A stretch of DNA of 64,000 bases from Cyanobacteria bacterium P01_F01_bin.150 (GCA_039189765.1 JBCCYL010000007.1:1-64000), one strand, 5' to 3'; shown: positions 50,531-60,332, numbered from the stretch's first letter. Numbers and translations are program-made. Notes: generated from the sequence alone by a model not told the origin.

Positions 50531-53500
50531 TTAGGGAGCTGTGGGACTTAGCTCAAAGGTTAGGACAGTCTCATCAACTCCTTTGAGTGCAAGGGGTTCA
50601 AACTTGTTGATTTCCTGATCGTCCAAATAGTCTGCAACAGTCGCCGATACCAGAATGCTGCCAGGATTTGCAACAGTCTGAATACGGGACGCAATATTTA
50701 CGCTGGGACCGATGGCCGTATAGTCTGAGCGTTCTTCACCCCCAAACATACCCACCACAGCAGTGCCTTGATGAATACCGCATCTAAATTGAATCGGGGG
50801 AATCCCCTGTGCTTGCCATTTGGCATTAAGCGCTTCCAGGGACACCAGCATCTGGCGGGCAGATGCGATCGCCTGTCGTACCTGCTCATTTGGGCTGATT
50901 TCCTCAGGCGCACCAAAAATTGCTAGGACCGCATCCCCCATAAACTTATCGACAGTGCCACCATTTTCAAACACTGCACGGGTCATCCCTGCCAGGTATT
51001 CGTTTAAGAGGGATGCCACCCGACGCGATCGCAGCGTGTTAGAAATTTGCGTAAATCCAACAATATCGCTAAATAATACCGTCACCAAGCGAGGCTCAGG
51101 CCGTAGATCCAAACTGAGTTCCCCCTGAGCAGCTTTTTGTACCAACGTAGGGGGGAGAAATCGCCTGAGGACAGACTCTGTTAAGTAGGCATTAAGTTTT
51201 GCCACCCTTTTCTCACTCGCTTTTAGCGCCAGTAAGTTTCGTACTTCTGCCAATAGCTCACGGTGATTAAATGGCTTTGAGAGATAGGCATCCGCCCCTT
51301 TTTCTGCCCCCTCAATCCGCGTGTCCTCGTCTGCTTTAGCGGTTACCAAAACAATCGGTGTCCCCTTTACCTGATCCATTTGGCGAATGTGCTGAATCAT
51401 TTCTAGGCCAGACATCTGAGGCATCATCAAGTCAGTCAGAATTAGATTAGGCATCTGATCCTGCACTATCCGCAGCCCCTCTGCCCCGTTACGGGCAGTG
51501 GAGATTTTGTAGCCAGCTCTTTGCAAAATGGAACCAACATATCCTCTCAAATCGGGATTGTCATCTACGATTAAGATATGAGACTCTGAAGGTACTTCAG
51601 TAATGTCCATTGCACTGGGTGCTGTTCCAATAGCTCCAATTGCCGTGCCCTGGGGAGCGGATGTGTATTGACTATCAGAATTTTGGTCTAGACTTGGCAG
51701 TTGTGATGGATAAATGGTCGGCGTTGGCAATGTTGGTAATGCGGCATCAGGTGCAAGCATATCCGATGCGTCGGCATTAATATCCGCTAATTCTACAAAC
51801 GACTGAGTCCGCTCAATGGTTGCCGATACTTCAGATACCTGGTCTGATGGTAAGTGGTCTGAGCCATGGGGCAAGATGATAGTAAACGCCGTTCCTTGAC
51901 CATATACGGATGACACACTAATTTGGCCTCCGTGTAGTTCCACCAGCTCTTTCACCAATGCCAGTCCTAATCCGCTACCTTCATAATTACGATTGGCAGA
52001 TCCATCTGCCTGACGGAATCGATCAAACAGATAGGGAATTTGATCCGCCCGGATGCCAATCCCAGTATCCTGAACCTTTAATGTACAGTGCTCACCTTCC
52101 GATACCAATGTAATATGAATAGAGCCGCCAGATGGCGTAAACTTCATGGCATTGGATAGTAGGTTGTACAAAACCTTGTCAAATTTTTCTACATCCAAAT
52201 ACAAGGGTGGGACATCTGCTAAAGCTGTCATTAAGGTGATGCCCTTCTTCTCACAATAAGATTGGAAGGATTCCACAACTTGCTGAACAAAGTGCTTTAC
52301 TAGACAAGGCGTGAAGGTTGGTTGCATTCGCCCTGCATCTAATCGCTGCAAGTCTAGAAGTTGATTCACCAAACGCAGTAGGCGACGGGAATTTCGGAGA
52401 GCGATTATGGCTTGGTCGTAACTCAAGCCTTCTTTATGTTCAACACAAGCTTCTAAAGGCCCAATATTAAGAGTCAGGGGTGTTCGGAATTCATGGGAAA
52501 TATTCTGGAAAAATTCGGTCTTTTGTCGATCCAACTCTAGGAGTTTTTCAGACTGCTGCAGGGTTGTCTGGAATAAGTTGGATTGCTGCACTGCGATCGC
52601 TGCCTGGGCTGCTACGACTTGAGCCAGATCAATCGCGTCGGCTTCCCAGTGGCGTGGCTCTTTGACCTGACGCAACGAAATACTGCCAATAATAGCTCCA
52701 TCGGACAGCAATGGAACCACCAATAAAGATCGTGCAGGCAGTCGTAAAGGCAAATCTAAGATATTTAATTCAGGGCGACTAGCTAAGTCATCCACAATCA
52801 CAGGAGATTGGGTTTCAAGCAGTTCTTTAAGGACTGGATTTCCCTCAATGGGGACCAATGACTTTGGTAAGGGCGATCGCTCTTTATTATCAGAATAATT
52901 AATCTCCGAACCATTTACATTTACGCTGCTCTCAGACGACTTTTCGGATGCTGTCACAGATGATTCATACAGGCCAACACATTCCACATAAATATCGTCT
53001 TTAGTCCACAGTGACAACGCACAGCCATCTACCTGTAAAGCCTCTCCCAACTGATGGGTGATAGCAGCAAAAATATCCTCCGGGTCTAAACTGGAACGAA
53101 TAGCTGTCGTAATCGTATTGACTAGCGCTTCGCGCTTTGCTAAAGCCCTAACCTGCTCATAGGTCTGAGCTTGGGAAAATGCCAAGGCTGCCTGATTGGC
53201 CACCATCGCAATTAGCTTAATATCATCGTCTTCCCATGTTTGCTCTTGCCCAATATGGTGGAGTGCAAGAACAGCCAATAATTCAGCTTGATAAACAAAG
53301 GGTACAAGGAGACTGGACCGGATATTTAGTGATTGGTAGCCATCTTGCACATGAATTGGAATATCGGCATACGCTAAGCTCTGATCCCTGCCGTTTAATA
53401 AGCGAATACTGCGAACTTCACGGGTAGGCCAAACCATTTGGGACAAGGTTTCGATAAAAGGCGGAGCCTGATCTTTTGTTAAGCAGTCACTCAGCTCAGG

Positions 53501-54112
53501 AGAGAGATAGGTAAACACAGTTTTAGCTAACTGGTCAGCCTGTATTGGTCGCAAAACACAGCAATCCACCTCAAAAATATTACCTACCGTATCCACGATG
53601 GTCTGTAGAATTTCCCCAGAATTCGGTGCCCCTTGAATTGCGCTGTTTACAGTGTTGACCAATGTCTCCTGGCGCAGGTTACTGCGAAGCTCACGAGTTC
53701 TAGCTCGCAATACTAAATGGGTATCTAGGGCTTGTTGCACAACTCCTTTGAGTTCTTCATCATCCCAGGGTTTGGTCACATATTTGAAAACTTGGCCTGC
53801 ATTAATAGCTTCTACCAAGTCTTCAACATCCGTATATCCCGTCAAAATAATCCGAATGATGTCAGGATACTGAGTTGCGGTCAAACTCAAAAACTCCGTC
53901 CCACTCATGGACGGCATTCGTTGATCCGAGATAATGACAGCAATATCATCCTGTTCTTCAAGCAGCGCCAAGGCTTCTGGCCCGCTTTCTGCCTTCAAAA
54001 CCTTGAATTCCCTTCGAAACGTACGATAGAGTAAATCGAGATTGTCTGGTTCATCATCGACAACCAGAATCTTCGGTTTAGGAGGTGTAAGGGTATTTCG
54101 TGAGGATGTCAT
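50531..54112 (-). CDS. cyaC: Adenylate cyclase CyaC (REC-GAF-GAF-HisKA-HATPase-REC-class III cyclase)
   Basis: Domain order matches cyanobacterial CyaC: SHEFRTPL, NLLSNAMKF, DTGIGI, second REC, FSDIVGFT, DKFMGDA, YTAIGPSVNIASR. AGGAG RBS before ATG 54112. Confidence 0.9.
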   Translation of the reverse strand: MTSSRNTLTPPKPKILVVDDEPDNLDLLYRTFRREFKVLKAESGPEALALLEEQDDIAVIISDQRMPSMSGTEFLSLTATQYPDIIRIILTGYTDVEDLVEAINAGQVFKYVTKPWDDEELKGVVQQALDTHLVLRARTRELRSNLRQETLVNTVNSAIQGAPNSGEILQTIVDTVGNIFEVDCCVLRPIQADQLAKTVFTYLSPELSDCLTKDQAPPFIETLSQMVWPTREVRSIRLLNGRDQSLAYADIPIHVQDGYQSLNIRSSLLVPFVYQAELLAVLALHHIGQEQTWEDDDIKLIAMVANQAALAFSQAQTYEQVRALAKREALVNTITTAIRSSLDPEDIFAAITHQLGEALQVDGCALSLWTKDDIYVECVGLYESSVTASEKSSESSVNVNGSEINYSDNKERSPLPKSLVPIEGNPVLKELLETQSPVIVDDLASRPELNILDLPLRLPARSLLVVPLLSDGAIIGSISLRQVKEPRHWEADAIDLAQVVAAQAAIAVQQSNLFQTTLQQSEKLLELDRQKTEFFQNISHEFRTPLTLNIGPLEACVEHKEGLSYDQAIIALRNSRRLLRLVNQLLDLQRLDAGRMQPTFTPCLVKHFVQQVVESFQSYCEKKGITLMTALADVPPLYLDVEKFDKVLYNLLSNAMKFTPSGGSIHITLVSEGEHCTLKVQDTGIGIRADQIPYLFDRFRQADGSANRNYEGSGLGLALVKELVELHGGQISVSSVYGQGTAFTIILPHGSDHLPSDQVSEVSATIERTQSFVELADINADASDMLAPDAALPTLPTPTIYPSQLPSLDQNSDSQYTSAPQGTAIGAIGTAPSAMDITEVPSESHILIVDDNPDLRGYVGSILQRAGYKISTARNGAEGLRIVQDQMPNLILTDLMMPQMSGLEMIQHIRQMDQVKGTPIVLVTAKADEDTRIEGAEKGADAYLSKPFNHRELLAEVRNLLALKASEKRVAKLNAYLTESVLRRFLPPTLVQKAAQGELSLDLRPEPRLVTVLFSDIVGFTQISNTLRSRRVASLLNEYLAGMTRAVFENGGTVDKFMGDAVLAIFGAPEEISPNEQVRQAIASARQMLVSLEALNAKWQAQGIPPIQFRCGIHQGTAVVGMFGGEERSDYTAIGPSVNIASRIQTVANPGSILVSATVADYLDDQEINKFEPLALKGVDETVLTFELSPTAP

Positions 54113-54911
54113 GCACCGCTCTCCTAATGCGGGGGCTATCATAATACTAAACAGTCCAAGCGAGTTGGACTGATAGATGGGTCAACGTATAAAAAATCAA
54201 AAAAGCGGACCAGATCCAACATAGACGCTGCAATCACTATTTATTACTAATTGACATCTGTGGTGAGCTTAACCGGATAGATTTTATAAATACTTGTATG
54301 ATGACGCTTAATCTCCAGAATGCTTCTAAATAAATTTGGGCCTTAGTTCATAGGATGCACTGATGGGAGTAAAAATAGATCACTACTGGAAAGATAATAG
54401 GCCAGGATGGAAAAATTATCTCTTACATGAAAAAACTCAGGCAACCTCAAACGTTGAGTATGGCTTAATTTCAGAAAAGTATTCCAATGTTTTGCAACCA
54501 CGATTCCTTAAGAAAATTGGTTGAACCCGCAAGTCCCTCCATCATAACGAATCATTTTTGGTTGATGCCTTCTCTTTAAGATAATCAGCGTATAACAAGC
54601 AGACAGATGAACCTCATGACTCTTAACAATGTAACTCGTTAACACATACCCATGATTAATGGCTTAGTTGTAAATGCTCTCATCCTTTGCCTGTCAGCCA
54701 GGATAACCACTAGTTAATGCCCCAGGCTTATCTGGCATGAGGGAAAAACTATGGCATTTTTTCCTCATTTGTTTCTTGCTCGAGTACTAGTGGATATCTA
54801 AGGATGGTGGGATACATTTTCTAGCATTACCATGTCTATGTATAGAGTGCCCCAAGTCAAGACTGAATTAACCTTTAGTGGAATCACAGTTAAAGCCACT
54901 GTCCAAATTAT

Positions 54912-55484
54912 ATGGTGTCTAAGCTATCATCCTCAGAACTATCACCCATCGCTATTCGCAATGCTCAGCCAAGCGATATTAATGACTTGTCTGTTCTTCT
55001 GCTCCATAGTTTTAATCATGGTCTAGGAGAAAGCAATAATAGATGGATGCAAATGTTGATACAGCTGAGTATCCAGGCTGATTTAAATCATCGTATAAAT
55101 ACGCCGTCTCGTTATCAATCTACGCAGCATCGATGTCTTGTCGCGGTTAATCCATCTGACGAGAACACAATCTTAGGGACGGTTGAAGTATCAATTCAAC
55201 GCCATTATCTTTGGTCGTCATCTAGATATGTTTACCTATCTAATCTTGCTGTGCAAACCAATTATCGTCGTCAAGGAATTGCCTATGAGCTGCTACAGCG
55301 CTGTGAATTAGTAGGAAAATCATGGGGACTTGGCGATATGTATCTTCACGTGCGAGAAGACAATCGGGCTGCTCGTCAGTTATACGAAAGATGCGGATAT
55401 CAGATTCAACGTATCGACTTCAACCTCGGCTCTTTGCTCTTAAGGCAGGCACAACCATTATTTCTTCATAAAAAATTGCAATAA
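54912..55484 (+). CDS. GNAT-family N-acetyltransferase
   Basis: YLSNLAV..YRRQGIA and LHVREDNRAARQLYERCGY. Confidence 0.9.
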   Translation: MVSKLSSSELSPIAIRNAQPSDINDLSVLLLHSFNHGLGESNNRWMQMLIQLSIQADLNHRINTPSRYQSTQHRCLVAVNPSDENTILGTVEVSIQRHYLWSSSRYVYLSNLAVQTNYRRQGIAYELLQRCELVGKSWGLGDMYLHVREDNRAARQLYERCGYQIQRIDFNLGSLLLRQAQPLFLHKKLQ

Positions 55485-55603
55485 GCTTTATCTAGCAACT
55501 CAATCTCACGATTCGCTCATATATTAACCTGAAAAAATTAAGATATCCTGGGATACTGCTTGCTTCATCGCATTGCCTCCAAGTACAAGCCCAACAATTA
55601 CAA

Positions 55604-58390
55604 ATGAAGGACTCACTACATAGCTTGAACAATCGTTCCCCAGATACTCCCCATGAACCTGATATTGAGACGTTTGTTAATCTGCCGTCCAATAAATTGT
55701 TGTCTCCCGATCCCAAATTACTTGAACCTTGTTGTGAAACTCGGGAAGATGCTCAGAGTATGAATCAACAGGTAGCTATGAACTCTAGTCTGTTACCGCA
55801 AGATGTGACAGTGGAGCCTACAGTCCCATATCCTTTCGAATCAGCTGCTCAGAGACATACTGAGCCAACGGTTAAAATTCCAGATAGTGCATCGAATACC
55901 GAAACTAAAAGCCTTGAAGAAACTGGAACTGCTGGGCGATCGCCTTTTCGTTCCACCTATCTTAGCAATCTAAACCTAAGCGGCTTAAGACTGACAAACC
56001 TCAGTCGTTTGCTACTTGACCATAGTCAACTCTTACGGGATGACGGTAAAGGATTAAGTTTGCTGGGGGTTGGCCATGGCATTGTCGCAGGGATTGCTGT
56101 TGTAGCTTCGGGCTTGACGATACTGAATCCTCCCTGGATTCAATCTTTGGAATATGAAGTTCAAGCCTTCTTCTTCCAACATCGGGGAACGATCAGCCCT
56201 CCTCAAGATATTGTGATTTTGGAAATTGATGAAACATCACTAGCTCAAGGAGAATTTTATAGCAGCGATCCTGATAAATATTCTGATCTTGAACTAATTC
56301 AACAGTGGCCTTGGCAGCGGCAAGTCTATGCGATCGCCATTGAGCGAGTGATGGAAGCAGGCGCTAAAGCAGTTGCTTTAGACCTAATTTTGGATCGACC
56401 AAGTGTTTGGGGAGATAAAGATGATGGTTTTCTCCAATATGCTTTAGAGCGCTATCCCGAAAGAATTGTCTTAGCGTCGAGTTTTGACGATAGTGCAAAT
56501 GATACTGGTTCCACCCTTCAGCTTGCACCTCCTCTCGTTCGCTTTTTGGATGCAGGTGGTAGACCAGGGGTTATTAATTATCCGTTTGCTCCCAATGATC
56601 GTATCCATAAGTTCTCTCAAGTCTGGTTACAGGATCAAGCGGATTCTGATATCGCGATGCAAACATACTTAAATGGATTACCGGACTCATTAACTCAAAC
56701 CTTTGTTGAACAGACGGTATTGGCTGCTCAGAACCGTAATATGGTCGAGACGGTCGAGGCTGATCTATCACTAAGGGGAGAACAAATATTTTTCTATGGT
56801 CCAGCAGGCACCTTTGAGCATGAAGCATTTTGGACTATTTTGGATCCGCAAAATTGGGAGGTGCATCAATTCCAAAATACCTTTCGAGACAAAATTGTCT
56901 TGATTGGCCCCACTGCCAAACTCTTTCAAGACTCGCATCGTACGCCCTTTGGGTTCATGTCAGGGATTGAAATTCATGCCAATGCTATTGCCACCTACCT
57001 CAATAATCGATCGATTACAGAGGCGTTGCCTAATCCTTATCTCAAGGCAGGATTGGTTTTAGGGCTAACTATATTGACTGGATTAGGGGCTAGTTATCCT
57101 CGCCGCACATCGTATCGTATGTTGATTACTCTTGCCGGAGTGAGTGCTTGGACTGTCTTCAGTTATGTTTCTTGGGTTGCAGGACGCTTGGCCTTACCAA
57201 CCGCTGTACCTTTGGGTGCCATTACCCTTGGGGGGGCTGGGTATGTTACGACTGGGTTACTCCAAGAAAAACTGCGCAAACTGAAATTACGTAGTGCATT
57301 GAAACAATATGTCAGCTCCCCTATTGTTCAAGACATCATTAACCAGCAGGATGATCTCCATGATTTAATTTCTGAGGAAGAGAAAGAGACCATCGGCAAG
57401 ATTTTAGATGGGCGATACAAAATTATAGAGATCTTGGCCTCGGGAGGTTTTGGCCAAACGTTTATTGCCCAAGATTTAAGACGTCCGGGTCAACCACGCT
57501 GCGTTGTTAAGCAACTCCGGCCAGTTAGTAATGATCCCCGAGTTTTTCATCTCTCAAGACGGTTGTTTAATAAAGAAGCTGAAACCCTTGAGCGACTCAA
57601 TCATAATCAGATACCTCAGCTTTTGGCTTATTTTGAAGAGGCCCAAGGCTTTTACTTAGTGCAAGAACTGGTTGAAGGGCACCCGCTACGCTACGAACTA
57701 TTGCCTAAGCCAAGTTCAGAATTAAATGTCATCCTTATTTTGAAAGAACTTCTAGAAATTCTTGTCTTTATCCATGATATGAGAGTGATTCATCGTGACA
57801 TTAAACCTAGCAACATTATCCGTCGTCACTCCGATCAGCGGTTAGTCCTCATTGATTTCGGAGCCGTTAAAGAAATTCAGGCAACCGCACCAGGTGAAGA
57901 AGGAGAACCAGACAAAACAGTTTCTATTGGTACTCGTGGTTATATCTCGAATGAACAGTTAGCAGGGAATCCACGATTTAACAGTGATATTTACGCGGTT
58001 GGTGTAATTGGGATACAGGCTAGTACAGGATTATCGCCTGATAAGTTGGTCGATGATGCGGAAACTGGAGAACTCGTCTGGCAGCCATTTTCTGACCATA
58101 GTGAGGCGCTCAAAGAAATTATTGATAAGATGGTCCGATATGATTTCAGTAAACGATATCAGTCAGCTCAAGATGTTCTAGAGGACTTGCAGCCGTTGTT
58201 AGATATGCACATTACAGATGATGAAGGAGCAGTCTCAGCATCTCTGCCAGCATACACAATATTAAAGTCTCACCACAGAACTGAGTTTGGTGATGAGACC
58301 ATTGAACTTACAGATGGCGATTTAGATGCTACAGTTCCTTGGCCGACGGGAGTGAAAGAAGATCTGATTGATGACGCCACAAACTCCTAA
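55604..58390 (+). CDS. CHASE2 sensor Ser/Thr protein kinase
   Basis: CHASE2 (WPWQR, ALDLIL, MSGIEIHAN), 3 TM segments, Hanks kinase (GGFGQT, VVK, HRDIKPSN, DFG, SDIYAVG). Confidence 0.92.
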   Translation: MKDSLHSLNNRSPDTPHEPDIETFVNLPSNKLLSPDPKLLEPCCETREDAQSMNQQVAMNSSLLPQDVTVEPTVPYPFESAAQRHTEPTVKIPDSASNTETKSLEETGTAGRSPFRSTYLSNLNLSGLRLTNLSRLLLDHSQLLRDDGKGLSLLGVGHGIVAGIAVVASGLTILNPPWIQSLEYEVQAFFFQHRGTISPPQDIVILEIDETSLAQGEFYSSDPDKYSDLELIQQWPWQRQVYAIAIERVMEAGAKAVALDLILDRPSVWGDKDDGFLQYALERYPERIVLASSFDDSANDTGSTLQLAPPLVRFLDAGGRPGVINYPFAPNDRIHKFSQVWLQDQADSDIAMQTYLNGLPDSLTQTFVEQTVLAAQNRNMVETVEADLSLRGEQIFFYGPAGTFEHEAFWTILDPQNWEVHQFQNTFRDKIVLIGPTAKLFQDSHRTPFGFMSGIEIHANAIATYLNNRSITEALPNPYLKAGLVLGLTILTGLGASYPRRTSYRMLITLAGVSAWTVFSYVSWVAGRLALPTAVPLGAITLGGAGYVTTGLLQEKLRKLKLRSALKQYVSSPIVQDIINQQDDLHDLISEEEKETIGKILDGRYKIIEILASGGFGQTFIAQDLRRPGQPRCVVKQLRPVSNDPRVFHLSRRLFNKEAETLERLNHNQIPQLLAYFEEAQGFYLVQELVEGHPLRYELLPKPSSELNVILILKELLEILVFIHDMRVIHRDIKPSNIIRRHSDQRLVLIDFGAVKEIQATAPGEEGEPDKTVSIGTRGYISNEQLAGNPRFNSDIYAVGVIGIQASTGLSPDKLVDDAETGELVWQPFSDHSEALKEIIDKMVRYDFSKRYQSAQDVLEDLQPLLDMHITDDEGAVSASLPAYTILKSHHRTEFGDETIELTDGDLDATVPWPTGVKEDLIDDATNS

Positions 58391-58863
58391 AGAAGGTGTA
58401 CATCTTGGATAAAGTTCAAGAGGATAGCTTGGTGAGGAGTTCCAATGGGGCAGATTTTCTGGGCCAGCTTTGAATAGGCTTCTCCGTTGCGAATATCGCT
58501 ATAACTCAAAAAATCCATATCCCATCCTTCATTGAGGATTAACGTGGACAGATCAGCCTTTAGCGGCGCATGATAAACATGACGAATTACAGGAGAGTCA
58601 GTAGTTGCAATGGTGTCGGTGTATGAGCGATACAACTTTAAGTTAGGAGGAACAAAATTAATTTCTTCTAAGAGTTCACGGCTGATGCCATCATCAGGTG
58701 TTTCCCCCGGCTCCAAATGGCCGCCGAAAAAAGCCCAATGGCCAGGATAACGAATTGTTGGAATGTCATCTCGAAGCTGCATAAGGAAACGCCCAGGTTG
58801 GTGGAGAATGGCGATCGCCACCTCAATTTTAGAATGCGCTCCAAAAAAGGGCTGTATCTGCAT
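58387..58863 (-). CDS. NUDIX hydrolase
   Basis: 'LMQLRDDIPTIRYPGHWAFFGGHLEPGETPDDGISRELLEEI' Nudix box. Start uncertain (ATG 58863; the ORF extends to 58908). Confidence 0.92.
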   Translation of the reverse strand: MQIQPFFGAHSKIEVAIAILHQPGRFLMQLRDDIPTIRYPGHWAFFGGHLEPGETPDDGISRELLEEINFVPPNLKLYRSYTDTIATTDSPVIRHVYHAPLKADLSTLILNEGWDMDFLSYSDIRNGEAYSKLAQKICPIGTPHQAILLNFIQDVHLL

Positions 58864-59052
58864 CACAATGAGTCCACATGCTTGAGAATTACTTGAGACA
58901 GGACTCAAATCATAAAATAAATTGGTTCCAACGTGGAAATCGTAACGTCCTCCCAGTTTGGCTCAGGTAATTGTATCGACGGAAAATTCCCAAAATGTTC
59001 AGAAAAGTCGCCAGATAGTCCGGATTCTCAATCGTCTTCCTAGGAGATAGGA

Positions 59053-59104
59053 ATGGTAGATGCACCCTGATTCGACCCCGTTAGGATTTTCCTTTCGGGG
59101 TTTT
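59053..59104 (+). ncRNA. NsiR1-like small RNA, copy 1 (most divergent)
   Basis: Core 21-mer plus hairpin GACCCCG-TT-AGGA-TTT-TCCT-TT-CGGGGTT-TT; TCCGGA at 59019. Confidence 0.7.
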
Positions 59105-59211
59105 CTCTTAGATTTAAATATTCCGTTAGTTTAGAAATTGATAATAGCTGAGATTTATAAAAAAATATATATAAAAGTCCGGATCTTATTAATTTATGAA
59201 GGTAGACAGGA

Positions 59212-59262
59212 ATGGTAGATGCACCCTGATTCAACCCTGAAAGATTTATTCTTTTGGGGTTT
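59212..59262 (+). ncRNA. NsiR1-like small RNA, copy 2
   Basis: Core 21-mer plus hairpin AACCCTGAAAGA...TCTTTTGGGGTT; TCCGGA(59178)-N18-GTA. Confidence 0.75.
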
Positions 59263-59590
59263 CCTTATGCTTACTGCCGTAATCTATGAGTGAGCATTTA
59301 GATTTATTGACTGGGCAATTAGAAATTAATTTATTTTATGAAACTTATAGCTATGAATTATTCCAAAATGTGATTATGGAAATATATTTTATTTTTTGAA
59401 TATTTGTATTTTGCGTAAATTTGCTGATGCTCATTTATTTATTGATAATATATTGAAGCTTTTTTGTTGTTAGCTAGTGAACTCATTTGATTTTCGGATA
59501 TTTTTATCGAGCTTTAAAACTTTTTGATGGAAAGAACTATTGTTATATTCAAAATATCCGGATATTGAATTCCTCTATGAGTAACTAGGA

Positions 59591-59643
59591 ATGGTAGATG
59601 CACCCTGATTCAACCCTGAAGAAATTTATCCCTTCGGGGTTTT
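59591..59643 (+). ncRNA. NsiR1-like small RNA, copy 3
   Basis: Core 21-mer plus hairpin AACCCTGAAG...CTTCGGGGTT-TT; TCCGGA(59557)-N18-GTA. Confidence 0.75.
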
Positions 59644-59755
59644 CTTGTTTTTTATAATTTTATTAAGGTGATAATTTAAGTTCGTTATAAATATATAGGT
59701 CTTTATTTTTATAGCTAAACTATCCGGAGATCAATATTATTGTAGGTAAGTAGAT

Positions 59756-59808
59756 ATGGTAGATGCACCCTGATTCAACCCTGAAAGAATTTATTCCTTC
59801 GGGGTTTT
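59756..59808 (+). ncRNA. NsiR1-like small RNA, copy 4
   Basis: Core 21-mer plus hairpin AACCCTGAAAGAAT..ATTCCTTCGGGGTT-TT; TCCGGA(59723)-N17-GTA. Confidence 0.75.
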
Positions 59809-59918
59809 CTCATTTCTCTATTGATTTAGAGTTTCAAGTGCTTTAATCTATCTTTGAAAGGATTTTAAATTTACGAACAAACTGTCCGGAATATAGATGT
59901 ATTTATAGGTAACCAGAT

Positions 59919-59971
59919 ATGGTAGATGCACCCTGATTCAACCCTGAGAGGATTTATTCTTTCAGGGTTTT
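59919..59971 (+). ncRNA. NsiR1-like small RNA, copy 5
   Basis: Core 21-mer plus hairpin AACCCTGAGAGGAT..ATTCTTTCAGGGTT-TT; TCCGGA(59885)-N18-GTA. Confidence 0.75.
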
Positions 59972-60072
59972 CTTGACTTTATTCGTTAATTTATAAAATA
60001 TTTAAATACTTTTTTGTTTGATTTCTATGATTAAAATTTCCGGAGTTTAACTATTTCTGCGAGTAAGTAGAA

Positions 60073-60125
60073 ATGGTAGATGCACCCTGATTCAACCCTG
60101 AGAGGATTTATTCTTTCAGGGTTTT
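60073..60125 (+). ncRNA. NsiR1-like small RNA, copy 6 (RNA part identical to copy 5)
   Basis: Core 21-mer plus the same hairpin as copy 5; TCCGGA(60039)-N18-GTA. Confidence 0.75.
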
Positions 60126-60235
60126 CTTGTTCTTAGCCTGCCACTTAGTAAGATTGGAATACCTTCTAAATATCTGCTTATTTATCTTTTCAGCTAAACT
60201 ATCCGGACTTTGAATACTCTTATGAGTAAGTAAAA

Positions 60236-60287
60236 ATGGTAGATGCACCCTGATTCAACCTCGAAAGAATTTATTCTTTCGGGGTTT
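60236..60287 (+). ncRNA. NsiR1-like small RNA, copy 7
   Basis: Core 21-mer plus hairpin AACCTCGAAAGAAT..ATTCTTTCGGGGTT-T; TCCGGA(60202)-N18-GTA. Confidence 0.75.
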
Positions 60288-60332
60288 CCTGTTTCTACAG
60301 GAAAAATGACATAACTTACGTAACTCGAATGC

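Larger units (their letters stand above)
59019..60287 (+). repeat. Tandem array of 7 sRNA-like transcription units (NsiR1-like)
   Basis: Invariant 21-mer ATGGTAGATGCACCCTGATTC at 59053, 59212, 59591, 59756, 59919, 60073 and 60236 (period 154-165 nt, one 379-nt gap). Each has TCCGGA 33-34 nt upstream and a hairpin plus T-tract downstream; linkers are AT-rich and divergent. Confidence 0.95.

Noticed and set aside
54143..54911. Long cyaC/GNAT intergenic region as a possible sRNA or riboswitch
   Set aside because: Only weak imperfect hairpins; no recognisable RNA family or repeat structure.
59040..59234. 64-aa minus-strand ORF (MNQGASTIP...)
   Set aside because: It is the antisense reading of array copies 1-2; the repeated peptide simply mirrors the DNA repeat.
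59019..60287. CRISPR array interpretation of the seven repeats
   Set aside because: The period is 154-165 nt with ~100-nt AT-rich linkers carrying fixed promoter-like motifs, the repeats end in terminator-like hairpins, and no cas genes are in the window.
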